Below are positions 16,888 to 26,851 of a DNA stretch of 64,000 bases, one piece after another. The first letter of the stretch is position 1; each line of letters opens with the position of its first letter. This DNA comes from Candidatus Omnitrophota bacterium (GTDB lineage: Bacteria; Omnitrophota; Gorgyraeia; Gygaellales; Profunditerraquicolaceae): assembly GCA_028715785.1 (NCBI GenBank), contig JAQURC010000004.1, positions 21,885 to 85,884 of the forward strand, given 5' to 3'. Both the position numbers and the translations under genes were made by a program. A model generated the notes under the pieces. It searched no databases, was not told where the DNA came from, and worked only from the letters and a program-made list of their open reading frames with translations.

Positions 16888-17868
16888 CTAAAATGTATAA
16901 ACAAAAGTAAAAACTACTGAATCGTTTGCATCAGCGTTAGTCCCTGTCACCACACGCTGATACGCTATTAAGGTTTGAATCTTATCATTTGACCAACCAA
17001 ACCCCGGAGCAATGGTCAAATAATTTATATTTGAATCAAGAGTTCTTGCTCCATTTTGTCTTTTATCTCCCTGCAGAAACCCGTTTGCCTCAAACATAAG
17101 ATTGAACCCTTTTGACAGAAAATATTCTACTCCGAAATCATAATTAAGGTAGTTTGCATAACGGGTCTTGACACCGTCAACGTGCGCTTGCTGCGGGAAA
17201 TTGTAGACGGCATCAGCATGAAAAATAAACGGTTTTAATTTCTTGCTAAGATTTATCCCAAACCCCTGATCCCAGGAACCGCCTCCTGATCCGGCACCCA
17301 TCAAATCCGCCCCTAACTTATCAGGATCCGCATTCTCATATTTTCCTGTGGGCATTTTAAGCTGAAACAATCCTGTTATATGAGGCATCCAGCCCTTTTC
17401 TTCAAGGGCACAGTAACGCATAAAAAGATAACTATCGCCAAGGCCTTCTGAATGAGCGCTGGAACCATCCTGTTTGACATAATTTTGCTGATAAACCATC
17501 TGGGCATCAAGCTCAAGCCTATTCGTAAGGCCATATTGGGCAAAAAGCTGTTGCTGAAACTGGTACTTCTTATCACCACCGGGTAAAGAATCATAGTGGC
17601 CATCCGCGTTGAAGGTGCCTCTGGTGCGGTTATAAAAGAAAAATGGCTGGATCACAAACTTGCCTTTGCCGCAAAGCGGCGCTGTCCAAGTAGTAAGCGG
17701 GCCTGCGGAAACCGGCTCCCATTCATCATGCGCTTCGTGGCTTTGCTCAGAGGAAAGCAAACCACCGCCCTCCGGCTTGTGACTTTCACTGTGAGCGAAA
17801 CTATAATCCGCTTGATTCAACAATATAAAACTTACAATCGCCGGAATTAACAATACCCCCTTAAACAT
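16888..17868 (-). CDS. Outer-membrane beta-barrel protein (putative porin) with a His-rich N-terminal segment.
   Basis: Signal peptide MFKGVLLIPAIVSFILLNQADYSFA. A mature His/Glu-rich stretch HSESHKPEGG..HEAHDEW. Alternating amphipathic strands and a C-terminal Phe (TFVYTF). Confidence 0.6.
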   Translation of the reverse strand: MFKGVLLIPAIVSFILLNQADYSFAHSESHKPEGGGLLSSEQSHEAHDEWEPVSAGPLTTWTAPLCGKGKFVIQPFFFYNRTRGTFNADGHYDSLPGGDKKYQFQQQLFAQYGLTNRLELDAQMVYQQNYVKQDGSSAHSEGLGDSYLFMRYCALEEKGWMPHITGLFQLKMPTGKYENADPDKLGADLMGAGSGGGSWDQGFGINLSKKLKPFIFHADAVYNFPQQAHVDGVKTRYANYLNYDFGVEYFLSKGFNLMFEANGFLQGDKRQNGARTLDSNINYLTIAPGFGWSNDKIQTLIAYQRVVTGTNADANDSVVFTFVYTF

Positions 17869-17900
17869 AAATTTCTCTCCCTTATCCACAACCCTGTCCT

Positions 17901-18620
17901 TTAGAAAAGCACTCCTACAATCATCCTGGTCTGTAAATCATCCGCCCTTTCATTCAGCCCAAATACAGCCCCTGCCGCTATAAACGCTTTTTTAAAAGCA
18001 TATGAAACCGTCGGCCCAAGAGCATATTTCTCTTTCGGATAATTCCCTTTGGATTCGAAGCCGGCCTTAAACCGGGGCGTAAACGCGTAGTTAATACCCG
18101 CCGCATACTCATGGTCGGTTTTTCCTTCCCTTTCAAGGTTACGCTTAATAATCTGGTTATAGCTAAGGTTAAAACCGCCGATGTCTTTAGCCAATACGAG
18201 TTTTGCCTCTCCGACGTTGGGCTTAGAAAAATCATCATCACGAATGTATTCAAAATAAAGGAGCGGGTCAACAAAGAATTTACCCTTTTCTCCGATCCGA
18301 TAACGCGTCCTCAATTTAAACCCCTCGTATTCGCTGTCATTTTCGTATTTCTTATTTTTAAATTTCCACGCCTGGTACATTGCAACATCCCAGCGGCTGG
18401 TTATGCCGTACTCCAGTTCAACCTGCGGCTTGACAACATTAATGTTGGACTTATGCAAATTTGGCACTTCGCTTGTTACATATGTTTCAAGTTCCCACAT
18501 CCCTTTTGGCATAATCATATACTCATAGGTCCAGACATAACTTCTTCTATCCGCATAACTAGAGGAGGTAAATCCAAACAGTATCGCTAAACTAAATATC
18601 GCCAATAAACATTTTTTCAT
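17901..18620 (-). CDS. Outer-membrane beta-barrel protein (small OMP).
   Basis: Signal peptide MKKCLLAIFSLAILFGFTSSSYA. Aromatic-rich alternating strands and a C-terminal VLF. Confidence 0.55.
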   Translation of the reverse strand: MKKCLLAIFSLAILFGFTSSSYADRRSYVWTYEYMIMPKGMWELETYVTSEVPNLHKSNINVVKPQVELEYGITSRWDVAMYQAWKFKNKKYENDSEYEGFKLRTRYRIGEKGKFFVDPLLYFEYIRDDDFSKPNVGEAKLVLAKDIGGFNLSYNQIIKRNLEREGKTDHEYAAGINYAFTPRFKAGFESKGNYPKEKYALGPTVSYAFKKAFIAAGAVFGLNERADDLQTRMIVGVLF

Positions 18621-18640
18621 TTTATCTGCCTCCTTAACAT

Positions 18641-18669
18641 TGATTTTGAGTTTCATTATCATTACTATC
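18641..18669 (-). promoter_or_regulatory. Candidate Fur box upstream of the small OMP gene.
   Basis: The reverse complement GATAGTAATGATAATGAAACTCAAAATCA resembles the GATAATGATAATCATTATC consensus. It is near-identical to the motif at 19608-19632. Confidence 0.45.
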
Positions 18670-18691
18670 CCAAAAAAAAAGGCCCTCCTTT

Positions 18692-19591
18692 CTAAATAAA
18701 AGTAAATAGATATCCCAGCGCCAGGCCCATAACGGAGACCAGGCTTAAATATATTATCAACACCTTCGCCCCGAATTCTTTCCTGAGCACTAATATCGTC
18801 CCGTAACTTGTTATGGGGCCGACTGATAGAAGGACAAAACCCGCTCCTCTATCCAATCCCTGCTTGATAAGAGCATCAACCAAGGGCACGCCCATGGTTG
18901 CGCACATATAGGTAACCAAACCAAAAATTAAAGCAAACAAATAGCCTGTGCCTCCTTTTAAATAATGTTTCACCAGGTGGCCAACCGGCATTATTGAATC
19001 CACGGAAGCTGCCATGGCCAAGCCAAGAAGCGTTTCTTTGCCGATATCTTTGGGCATCTGAATATAGGCAAACCTAAAGACGGATACCAGCCGAGAACCA
19101 AAAGGCTTTTTTGTTGTTTTAGGTTCAAGGTGGCCAAGATTCGATTCGCCGCAATTACAACCATCGTTGCTCTTTAGGATCTTTTTTAACCTAATCCTGT
19201 TGCCAATCAAACCGGCAGTTATTCCCATCAGGATTACCGAAAAGAAAAGATAAACGGCAAATTTAAGCCCCAGTAATTTAGCTGTGACAATAAGGGCATT
19301 TATAGAGGTGGCAGGAGTGGCAACAAGCATTGCCAGTATAGGACCTAAAGAAGCGCCTTTCTTACGAAAACTAACGGCAATAGGTAAACACCCCCAGCAG
19401 CAGACGGGGATAAGCGTTCCAACCAGCGTGGACCATAAAACCCCTTTAAGGCCCTTGCCTCCCAAATGCTTGTTTATCCAGGCATCCGGGATGAACTCAT
19501 GAATGATCCCGCTTAGAAGAAAACCAATCGCCAAAGCAGGGGCCATTTCGATAAAATAATGCTTAAATGAATTAATAAAATTAACCGCCAT
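18692..19591 (-). CDS. DUF318-family permease (YraQ/ArsP-like) with a Cys-rich CCWGC motif.
   Basis: Eight or more TM helices in a two-repeat topology and a VCCWGCLP motif, positioned where the ArsP family has TPFCSCS. It is the first structural gene downstream of fur. Confidence 0.5.
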   Translation of the reverse strand: MAVNFINSFKHYFIEMAPALAIGFLLSGIIHEFIPDAWINKHLGGKGLKGVLWSTLVGTLIPVCCWGCLPIAVSFRKKGASLGPILAMLVATPATSINALIVTAKLLGLKFAVYLFFSVILMGITAGLIGNRIRLKKILKSNDGCNCGESNLGHLEPKTTKKPFGSRLVSVFRFAYIQMPKDIGKETLLGLAMAASVDSIMPVGHLVKHYLKGGTGYLFALIFGLVTYMCATMGVPLVDALIKQGLDRGAGFVLLSVGPITSYGTILVLRKEFGAKVLIIYLSLVSVMGLALGYLFTFI

Positions 19592-19607
19592 AGCAATCTG
19601 CCTTTGT

Positions 19608-19632
19608 GATTTTGAGTTTCATTCTCAATATA
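19608..19632 (-). promoter_or_regulatory. Candidate Fur box upstream of the permease gene.
   Basis: TGATTTTGAGTTTCATTCTCAATAT shares 20 nt with the motif at 18641-18660. It is made of hexamer repeats of the NATWAT type. Confidence 0.45.
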
Positions 19633-19648
19633 TTATTAAAAAATATAT

Positions 19649-20083
19649 TTACCTCTTACACCTCTTGCATACGCCGTAAAGTTCCATGCGGTGCCTTTGG
19701 GGATAAAACCCGTGCTGTTTAGCCAGCTTTTCCTGCAGACTTTCGATCTGGGGATCCACTACCTCCACGAACCTGCCGCACTTGGTACAGATAAGATGAT
19801 CGTGGTGCTGATGCCCATAGAGATGCTCGTATCTGGTTGTGCCGTCCTCAAAGCTCAGCTCGCGGCAAAGGCCGCATTCGCAAAGCAATTTAAGCGTCCG
19901 GTAGATCGTGGCATATCCTATCGCCGGATATTTCTTCTGGACGGACATATAGAGTTCGTTCGCGGTCAAGTGCTTATCAATGCCTAAAAAAATATGCAGT
20001 ATCTCTTTTCTTTGCTGGCTATGCTTGAGATCTTTAGTCGCAAGGTAATCTTCGAACATCTTTGTTTCTTTTTCCGAGACCAT
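19649..20083 (-). CDS. fur: Ferric uptake regulator family transcription factor.
   Basis: A winged-helix N-domain, HHDHLICTKCG and a C-terminal CKRCKR metal site. 144 aa. Confidence 0.85.
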   Translation of the reverse strand: MVSEKETKMFEDYLATKDLKHSQQRKEILHIFLGIDKHLTANELYMSVQKKYPAIGYATIYRTLKLLCECGLCRELSFEDGTTRYEHLYGHQHHDHLICTKCGRFVEVVDPQIESLQEKLAKQHGFYPQRHRMELYGVCKRCKR

Positions 20084-20104
20084 AATAAGCCGTCCTTAGG
20101 TTAT

Positions 20105-20130
20105 GATATTGAAAATCGATATCAATATTA
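20105..20130 (-). promoter_or_regulatory. Candidate Fur box (autoregulatory) upstream of fur.
   Basis: GATATTGAAAATCGATATCAATATTA contains four NATWAT hexamers with dyad symmetry. Confidence 0.4.
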
Positions 20131-20195
20131 ACACAAATAAAAATACCTGTCAAGAAAATAATTTATAGTTTTACATTGTTCAGGCATTGCAAGCT

Positions 20196-20273
20196 GGCGG
20201 GGCCGACGAGATTCGGACTCGCGATCTCCTCCGTGACAGGGAGGCGCTTTAAGCCAGGCTAAGCTACGACCCC
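20196..20273 (-). tRNA. tRNA-Asp (anticodon GTC), with encoded CCA.
   Basis: Reverse complement: GGGGTCGTAGCTTAGCCTGG...CCTCC-CTGTCAC-GGAGG...GCGAG-TCCGAAT-CTCGT-CGGCCCC-G-CCA. The cloverleaf folds, and the anticodon loop is CUGUCAC. Confidence 0.8.
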
Positions 20274-20337
20274 TAAAGATTTGAGGCTAAATTCTAACCT
20301 AAACTGCTGCACTTTGCAACAGATTTTTAACTAAAAT

Positions 20338-20413
20338 GGTGGGCGATAGAGGACTTGAACCCCTGACCCTCTGCGTGTAAAGCAGATGCTCTAACCAACT
20401 GAGCTAATCGCCC
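20338..20413 (-). tRNA. tRNA-Val (anticodon TAC), with encoded CCA.
   Basis: Reverse complement: GGGCGATTAGCTCAGTTGGTTAGAGCATCTGCTTTACACGCAGAGGGTCAGGGGTTCAAGTCCTCTATCGCCCACCA. The anticodon loop is UUUACAC. Confidence 0.85.
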
Positions 20414-20427
20414 GTAAAATTTTGGCT

Positions 20428-20880
20428 TTAGGCAACTATGCCCAAAAGCATCAAGGTAAACGCCATGACCAGCAAGGCCACGGTTTCAGTCATCCCCAGG
20501 ACAACCAGATAGTTGCCAAAACCTTTGTCGGTCTCGCCCATGGCATCGCAGGCGCAGGCCGCGCATTTACCCTGCCATAAAGCGGAAAGCCCGATGGCCA
20601 AACCGGCAAATGCTCCGATGCTCCAGAGATATTGCCCTTTGTTGGCAATTGCCATTAATTGGCGCATAACAATCATCCCGTAAACCGTCTGGGTAAGCGG
20701 AGCGGCCACAAAAACCACCAGCATAAACGAAGCGGCTTTATTCTGCGCGAAGTTCTTTTTCCAGGCGCCGATAGCCGCCATTCCGGCAATCCCTGCCCCA
20801 CATCCGGAACCTACCGCCGCAAGCGCAAGCACTAAAATCGCGCCTAGATCCTTGAACTGCATTAACATATTATTCTCCAT
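20428..20880 (-). CDS. atpK: V/A-type ATPase proteolipid subunit K (c).
   Basis: Four TM helices with GAGIAGMAAIG and GLAIGLSALWQG. The essential Glu context (ETVAL) is present. Confidence 0.8.
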   Translation of the reverse strand: MENNMLMQFKDLGAILVLALAAVGSGCGAGIAGMAAIGAWKKNFAQNKAASFMLVVFVAAPLTQTVYGMIVMRQLMAIANKGQYLWSIGAFAGLAIGLSALWQGKCAACACDAMGETDKGFGNYLVVLGMTETVALLVMAFTLMLLGIVA

Positions 20881-20894
20881 AAATACGCTCCCCT

Positions 20895-22661
20895 CTATTC
20901 TTTTAAAGGTTTATAATTTCGGCCGCTCCAGGAAACATTGGCATGCCCTGAGAACTCCAGCACATTCAACCTGACCCCGTGCACTAAAACTCCTACCGGG
21001 CCCAGTATAATACCAAGGCTATGGCCCACCAAAACAATAAAGGCCGCCAAAATTAAAGAAACCGCGCTTGCGTTTCCCACAGAAGAAGCCATGGCGTTAA
21101 AAGCATCGGCAATAGCTACCCCGGCCAAACCTACCGCAAAAAGACGGATATATGAAACCACGTCGGTAAAATTATTCATTAGGCTTAAAGCCAACGTGCC
21201 TAAGCCTGAGCCGATGCCTTTTAAAATATTTTTTTGCGGGTTGGTAAAAATTACAACCAGCGTAATCCCGGCGATCAGCAGCCAATTGCCAAAAAACGGA
21301 AAATTATCCCCCAGGATAAGCAGTTTGGCGATAAAAAAACAACTCCACAAAATACAGGCCCAGCCAAGATCCGCTATTAAGCTTAAAGCCGGGGCCTTCA
21401 GTATTGCCCGCCAGATGTGGGCAATGGACAGGTGCGTTGCCCCGAGAAAAAAACAGAACCTCTGCAGCGTCTTTTCATCGTTAAGCGAAGGGACCAAAGG
21501 TTTATACCCCGCTTTTAAAACCCACTCCTGGCCAAAGAAGGTGCCTGTGCAAGCCCCCCATATGATAGCGCAAAAACTTAAGATGTAAAATAGAAAAAAA
21601 CTGCCGGTATTTTTCTTATTTTTCCCGGCCTGCCGGTGCAAAAAAAAGGTAATCAGGAAATAGACCAGGCCATATCCGGCATCGCCAATTAACATGCCAA
21701 AGAAAATACTGAAAAAAATGAGGAAGCACAAACTGATATCCAGCTCGCGATAACCGGGCAATATTTCAAGGAACTTAAATACCGGGCTGATTATGGCAAT
21801 CCAAGCCGGATTACGCAGCAGAACAGGGACATTATCTTGCTCTGCCGGCGCCTCAACAAGCAAAGCCCATTGCTCTTGTTTTGCCTGGTAAGTTATTCTT
21901 TCCAGGCTGTCAAAAGGAATATAACCGCTGACATAAGTCAACTCCTCCGCCTGGCCCATCCCGGCAAGGGCCTCCTGAAACTCTAATTTTTTCTGCAAGC
22001 TGCTGCGGATTTTATTTAAACTCACCCGGCAGCCAAGCTGTTGAACCAGTTGCTCTTCAATATGCTGGATTGCCTGAAGATCGTGCGCCCTGCGCGCATA
22101 CATCTGCGATAAGCTGGACGCCGGCAGGGGAATTTCTTTAAAGCCGATATCTATTTTTTTGTCCGCAATAATCAGGCAATTGGCGATTTGGCCTTTAACC
22201 GATACCTTATTGACAACAACATCTTTTGGTATCTGCCTTAACTGCTTAGTTGGTATCTGATAAATACCGGCGAAGATATTATTTTTGGCTAAATCCGCAA
22301 AATCCCGCGGGTCAAAATCACCCCATTCTTCATACTGTTTTATGTGTATGGAAAGAGACCTTAAATATTCGGTTAACTGGTCTTTGCGTTTATACAAATC
22401 GATGATGTGCCGGACGGTAAACTGCGCGTCGGCTACCTCTTGATCCTTGGGAGCATCTTGCGGCTGGATTTTTACTCCGGACAAGATGCTCAAGGCCTGA
22501 TCAATTAAGGAGATCTCCTCGATCAAAACAAGAATGTCCTTGCCCTTAGGAACTTGCGCATGTTCAACATGCAAAACTCCCAAAGAACGTAATTTGTTTA
22601 AGGCGCTCAAGCCGTCTTTAGCCTGGGTGACCACGGTTACTTTTTTCATCGGGACAATCAT
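20895..22661 (-). CDS. atpI: V/A-type ATPase subunit I (a).
   Basis: 588 aa with a hydrophilic N-terminal half and a C-terminal polytopic membrane half. The conserved Arg-containing helix is in VSYIRLFAVGLA. Confidence 0.8.
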   Translation of the reverse strand: MIVPMKKVTVVTQAKDGLSALNKLRSLGVLHVEHAQVPKGKDILVLIEEISLIDQALSILSGVKIQPQDAPKDQEVADAQFTVRHIIDLYKRKDQLTEYLRSLSIHIKQYEEWGDFDPRDFADLAKNNIFAGIYQIPTKQLRQIPKDVVVNKVSVKGQIANCLIIADKKIDIGFKEIPLPASSLSQMYARRAHDLQAIQHIEEQLVQQLGCRVSLNKIRSSLQKKLEFQEALAGMGQAEELTYVSGYIPFDSLERITYQAKQEQWALLVEAPAEQDNVPVLLRNPAWIAIISPVFKFLEILPGYRELDISLCFLIFFSIFFGMLIGDAGYGLVYFLITFFLHRQAGKNKKNTGSFFLFYILSFCAIIWGACTGTFFGQEWVLKAGYKPLVPSLNDEKTLQRFCFFLGATHLSIAHIWRAILKAPALSLIADLGWACILWSCFFIAKLLILGDNFPFFGNWLLIAGITLVVIFTNPQKNILKGIGSGLGTLALSLMNNFTDVVSYIRLFAVGLAGVAIADAFNAMASSVGNASAVSLILAAFIVLVGHSLGIILGPVGVLVHGVRLNVLEFSGHANVSWSGRNYKPLKE

Positions 22662-23275
22662 ACCGCTCCTCCCGCAAAAACAGCCTCTTCGATCTTTCGC
22701 TTGGCGATTTTACTGCGGCCTACGGCGTTAGCCATCTGGTCACCGATATAGATCTTAATCAGACGGATATTTTCTTCGGCAAGCGGGATCTTGACTTTCT
22801 CAAAAAGGTTGACTCTTTGCGTAGTGATACGCAGCTCATGCCTTAAGATAGCAATGCCTTCTTCGGCCAGCGCTACCTCTTTATTCAAAATAAAAATTTC
22901 CCTGAAGGCCTCAACCGCAAAATCAAGCCACAGGGGCATAAGGAATAAATCGTAATCCGGCGCGGCAAACTCTACCTTGTCCAATACCGGAATATCCACT
23001 CCGGCAATATTTTTAGGGTGGGTAATAATTTTTACCGGCTTTAAATATGTTTTCAAATCCACCAACGGGTCCGCAAGCAAGCCGGCCCAAAAAATAACTG
23101 CCTGCTTTTTTTTGGCTTGTGCCTGTTTTTTTATTTCAAGGAGGGAGTTCTGCTGCAGGATCTCCAGCTGTAACTGCTGTTTCTTTAGCTGCAAAGTAGG
23201 CAGATAGCGTTGAAATTGTTTTAAGGCATCGCGCTGCCTTTTTAATTCGCCTTTGGTAAATTTTATTTTTGCCAT
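22658..23275 (-). CDS. atpD: V/A-type ATPase subunit D.
   Basis: [36 protein letters not shown] matches subunit D. The start is chosen at 23275, and the ATG overlaps the atpB stop by 1 nt. Confidence 0.8.
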   Translation of the reverse strand: MAKIKFTKGELKRQRDALKQFQRYLPTLQLKKQQLQLEILQQNSLLEIKKQAQAKKKQAVIFWAGLLADPLVDLKTYLKPVKIITHPKNIAGVDIPVLDKVEFAAPDYDLFLMPLWLDFAVEAFREIFILNKEVALAEEGIAILRHELRITTQRVNLFEKVKIPLAEENIRLIKIYIGDQMANAVGRSKIAKRKIEEAVFAGGAV

Positions 23276-24570
23276 TAGTCTCTCGGCCAGAACTGCTCGA
23301 TAATCGAAAGTTTTATCCCGGTTTCTTCGGGAGAAAAACAATCCGCCAAGATTTGCCAGCCCAAATCCAGGGCTTTTTCCAGGGGGATATTTACCTTAAG
23401 CGACATCATCTTCTCTTCAAAAAACAAGCCGTATTTAAGCAATTTCTTGTCCCAGGCGCTCATCTGAAACCCCATTGACTGCTTCTCCAGGGTTTGGCGG
23501 TAATCGGCAAAAAGCTGGATCATGGTATCCATAATTGTGCGGTGGTCAGGGCGGGTTTTGCCATTTACCTGCTGTTTTAAGCGGCTCAATGACCCAAACG
23601 GCTCGATAACCGCGGATTTCAAGTAAAATTGGCCTTCGGTGATATAACCCGTATTATCCGGGACCGGATGGGTAACATCGTCTCCGGGCATGGTCGTAGC
23701 CGCAAGAATGGTAATTGAGCCTGCCCCTTCAAAATCAACCGCTTTTTCATACCGTGCAGCCAGTTGGCTGTAAAGATCCCCGGGGTAGCCGCGGTTAGAA
23801 GGGACCTGCTCCATGGTAATCGAAATTTCTTTCAAGGAATCGGCAAAATTAGTCATATCGGTTAACAAAACCAACACCCTTTTGCCTTTTAAAGCGAAAT
23901 CCTCGGCCACGGCTAAGCTAATATCCGGCACAAGTAAACACTCAACGGTGGGGTCAGACGCAGTGTGGATAAAAAATACGCAGCGGGAAAGGGCTCCGTG
24001 GGCGTTTAATGTTTCCCGAAAGAAAAGAAAGTCGTCGTATTTTAAGCCCATGCCGCCTAAAATAATAATATCCACCTCCGCCTGGATGGCAATGCGCGCC
24101 AAAAGTTCATTATAGGGCTCTCCGGCGATTGAAAAAACAGGGAGTTTTTGCGATTCTACCAGCGAATTAAAAACATCAATCATCGGAATACCGGTGCGGA
24201 TAATTTTATTGGGAATAATCCTCTTGACCGGATTTACGGAAGGAGCGCCGATAGCCGTTAGGTTCTCAGAAAGTATTGGCCCGCGGTCCAGGGGCAGGCC
24301 GCTGCCGTTAAATATGCGGCCCAATAGATTTTCTCCGGTTGCCACGCGCATCGGATGGCCCAAGAACCTTACCTTGTCTTGCGTTGATATCCCGCGGCTG
24401 CCGGCAAAAACCTGTAAAGATACTTTTGTCGAATCGATGCGGATAACCTGGGCTAAAGAAACGCTCCGGCCGCAGGTAATCTGGGCGATATCCAGGTACC
24501 CCACCCCCTGGGCCTCCACGGTAATCACATCCCCGGCGATTTGAATAATATTAGTGTAGGCTTTTTGCAT
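23275..24570 (-). CDS. atpB: V/A-type ATPase subunit B (non-catalytic).
   Basis: A/B-family alpha-beta fold without an intact P-loop: [18 protein letters not shown]. 431 aa. Confidence 0.85.
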   Translation of the reverse strand: MQKAYTNIIQIAGDVITVEAQGVGYLDIAQITCGRSVSLAQVIRIDSTKVSLQVFAGSRGISTQDKVRFLGHPMRVATGENLLGRIFNGSGLPLDRGPILSENLTAIGAPSVNPVKRIIPNKIIRTGIPMIDVFNSLVESQKLPVFSIAGEPYNELLARIAIQAEVDIIILGGMGLKYDDFLFFRETLNAHGALSRCVFFIHTASDPTVECLLVPDISLAVAEDFALKGKRVLVLLTDMTNFADSLKEISITMEQVPSNRGYPGDLYSQLAARYEKAVDFEGAGSITILAATTMPGDDVTHPVPDNTGYITEGQFYLKSAVIEPFGSLSRLKQQVNGKTRPDHRTIMDTMIQLFADYRQTLEKQSMGFQMSAWDKKLLKYGLFFEEKMMSLKVNIPLEKALDLGWQILADCFSPEETGIKLSIIEQFWPRD

Positions 24571-24572
24571 AT

Positions 24573-26315
24573 TTACCCGGCTTTCACGATTTTTTTCTCT
24601 TCCAAAAATATTGTTATTTTTTCCTCTATCTCTTCAAATTCCTTACTGTTATATTCGGCGGAGTTCCAGCCGCGAAAAAGCTGGCGCAAGGCTTGAAAAA
24701 AATGCAGGGCGCTTTCTTTATTTTCCAATTTATACTCTGAATCCAATATATCGCAAATAAAGGCGAACAAATAAACCTGACGTTCCTGGGAGGTGGCCTC
24801 ATCAACCGGATCAAAGGCATTCTGCTGCAGATAAATAAAATCAAAAAACTCTCCCTTTAAATACTCGATGTAATCGTTTAATGAAGTGCCTTCTTCGCCG
24901 ATGACTTTCATCATCTGCGCGATTTCGTGGCTGCGCTGTAAAATCAAGCGGCCTTTTTCCTGGTGTTTGGGGTCAACGATGCTCTTATATTTACTCCAGC
25001 TGATTAGCGGGTCGATGGCCGGATATTTCCTGGCATCGGAACGTTCGCGCGAAAGCCCGTGAAAAGCGCCGACTACTTTTAGCGTTGCCTGGGTAACCGG
25101 CTCCTCAAAATTTCCTCCGGCAGGGCTGACCGTGCCGCCTATAGTTACCGAGCCGGTGGCGCCCCCATAAAGCCTGACTACCCCGGCGCGTTCATAAAAA
25201 GAGGCAATCCGCGACTCCAGGTATGCCGGAAACGCTTCTTCTCCCGGGATCTCCTCGAGGCGGCCGCTCATCTCGCGCATCGCCTGGGCCCAGCGGGAAG
25301 TAGAATCGGCCAGCAACAAAATATTCAGGCCCATCTGGCGGTAGTATTCCGCGATGGTCACTGCGGTATAGACGCTGGATTCACGGGCGGCAACCGGCAT
25401 CGAGCTGGTATTGCAGATAATTACCGTGCGGTCAATCAGCGGTTTATCCGTGCGCGGATCAATCAACTCGGGAAAAGTCTTTAATGTTTCCACAACTTCT
25501 CCGGCGCGCTCTCCGCAGGCGGCGATAATGACGATATCCACTTCCGCGTGGCGGCTGGTCAACTGCTGTAAAACGGTTTTTCCCGCGCCAAATGGGCCGG
25601 GGATACAATATGTGCCTCCGCGGGCCACCGGAAAAAGCGAATCGATCAGGCGCATTTTTGTGACCAGCGGTTCATGCGGCCTTATTTTTTCCGCATAAGC
25701 ACGAATCGGTATTTTTACCGGCCAGCTCTGTTGTAAAAAAACATCGTGGGTATGCCCGGCAAAATCCCTAAGCTGGGCAATCGGCTGTTTTAAATTATAC
25801 TTGCCGGCCGGGGCAATGCTTACTACCTCAAGAGAGCCGGTAAGCATAAAAGGAGCCATAATATAATGTTTAAAAAATTTCTCAGGGACAAAACCCAGCC
25901 AGCTGCCGGCTAAAACCTTATCTTTTGTTTTTACCAAAGGAGTAAAATCCCACTGCGCCTGGTTGCTTAAGGCTTCAAGATAGACGCCGCGTTTTAAGAA
26001 AAACCCGCATTTTTGAGCCAGCGCCGGCAGGGGGTTCTGCAGGCCGTCAAAGATTTGACCCAACAGGCCCGGGCCAAGCTCTACGGAAAGAAGTTGATTG
26101 CTAAACTCAACCGGCTCCCCGACTTTTAAGCCTTGCGTACTTTCATAAACCTGCATCTCTGCCTGGTTGGCGCGCACGCGGATAACTTCCGCTTTTAAGC
26201 GCTCCTGGCCGGCAATGATATAGGCAACCTCATTTTGGATGATATTGCCCTCAACCTGGGCGGTAACCATGTTGGCATTAACTTTAATCACACTCCCGGT
26301 TCTCTTTTTTTCCAT
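24573..26315 (-). CDS. atpA: V/A-type ATPase catalytic subunit A.
   Basis: P-loop GPFGAGKT and the non-homologous insert typical of the A subunit. 580 aa. Confidence 0.9.
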   Translation of the reverse strand: MEKKRTGSVIKVNANMVTAQVEGNIIQNEVAYIIAGQERLKAEVIRVRANQAEMQVYESTQGLKVGEPVEFSNQLLSVELGPGLLGQIFDGLQNPLPALAQKCGFFLKRGVYLEALSNQAQWDFTPLVKTKDKVLAGSWLGFVPEKFFKHYIMAPFMLTGSLEVVSIAPAGKYNLKQPIAQLRDFAGHTHDVFLQQSWPVKIPIRAYAEKIRPHEPLVTKMRLIDSLFPVARGGTYCIPGPFGAGKTVLQQLTSRHAEVDIVIIAACGERAGEVVETLKTFPELIDPRTDKPLIDRTVIICNTSSMPVAARESSVYTAVTIAEYYRQMGLNILLLADSTSRWAQAMREMSGRLEEIPGEEAFPAYLESRIASFYERAGVVRLYGGATGSVTIGGTVSPAGGNFEEPVTQATLKVVGAFHGLSRERSDARKYPAIDPLISWSKYKSIVDPKHQEKGRLILQRSHEIAQMMKVIGEEGTSLNDYIEYLKGEFFDFIYLQQNAFDPVDEATSQERQVYLFAFICDILDSEYKLENKESALHFFQALRQLFRGWNSAEYNSKEFEEIEEKITIFLEEKKIVKAG

Positions 26316-26317
26316 AA

Positions 26318-26851
26318 TTAATTTAAAAATACCGCGTCAAATAAATGTTCTTTATCCGCCTTCTCCGCCTCATACCAGCGTTCCAGGATTTTAAGCTTTA
26401 ACGCGTAAATCAATAAAAAATCAAAATCAAAATAATGCCCAAAAGACAGCCGCTCTAAAAAATCCCACCTCTCCTGGTCCAGGATCTTTTCCGCTTCCAA
26501 CACATTGGCGCTGTGCCGATGCGCAGCCAAAGCCATATGGCCGATATGGAGTTCCTGGCGGTCAGGAAGCCGGATAAATTTCGCGGGGTCTATCTTTTTG
26601 CCCCTGGCCCTAACGCGGGCCAGTTCATTTCTCAAGGTTACTTCAAAGTTCACCCATTTCCTCAGGCATCCGGTTGCGCTGGAATTCAAAAAATCAATGT
26701 CTTGATAACAGGCGTTACGTAGAATCTCAATCTCTGTTCCCGGAATAAAACTATTGCACTTAGCAAAAAAAACCTCCAGACCAAACGGCGGCTTGGCGGA
26801 AAAATTAAGCATCGGCAGGCTGGAGATCAAATATGTATAATAAGAGGCCAT
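26318..26851 (-). CDS. Hypothetical protein conserved in V-ATPase operons (DUF2764-like; family assignment uncertain).
   Basis: 177 aa, positioned between the E and A subunit genes as in the Chlamydia/Spirochaete-type ntp operons. No recognisable catalytic motif. Confidence 0.4.
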   Translation of the reverse strand: MASYYTYLISSLPMLNFSAKPPFGLEVFFAKCNSFIPGTEIEILRNACYQDIDFLNSSATGCLRKWVNFEVTLRNELARVRARGKKIDPAKFIRLPDRQELHIGHMALAAHRHSANVLEAEKILDQERWDFLERLSFGHYFDFDFLLIYALKLKILERWYEAEKADKEHLFDAVFLN

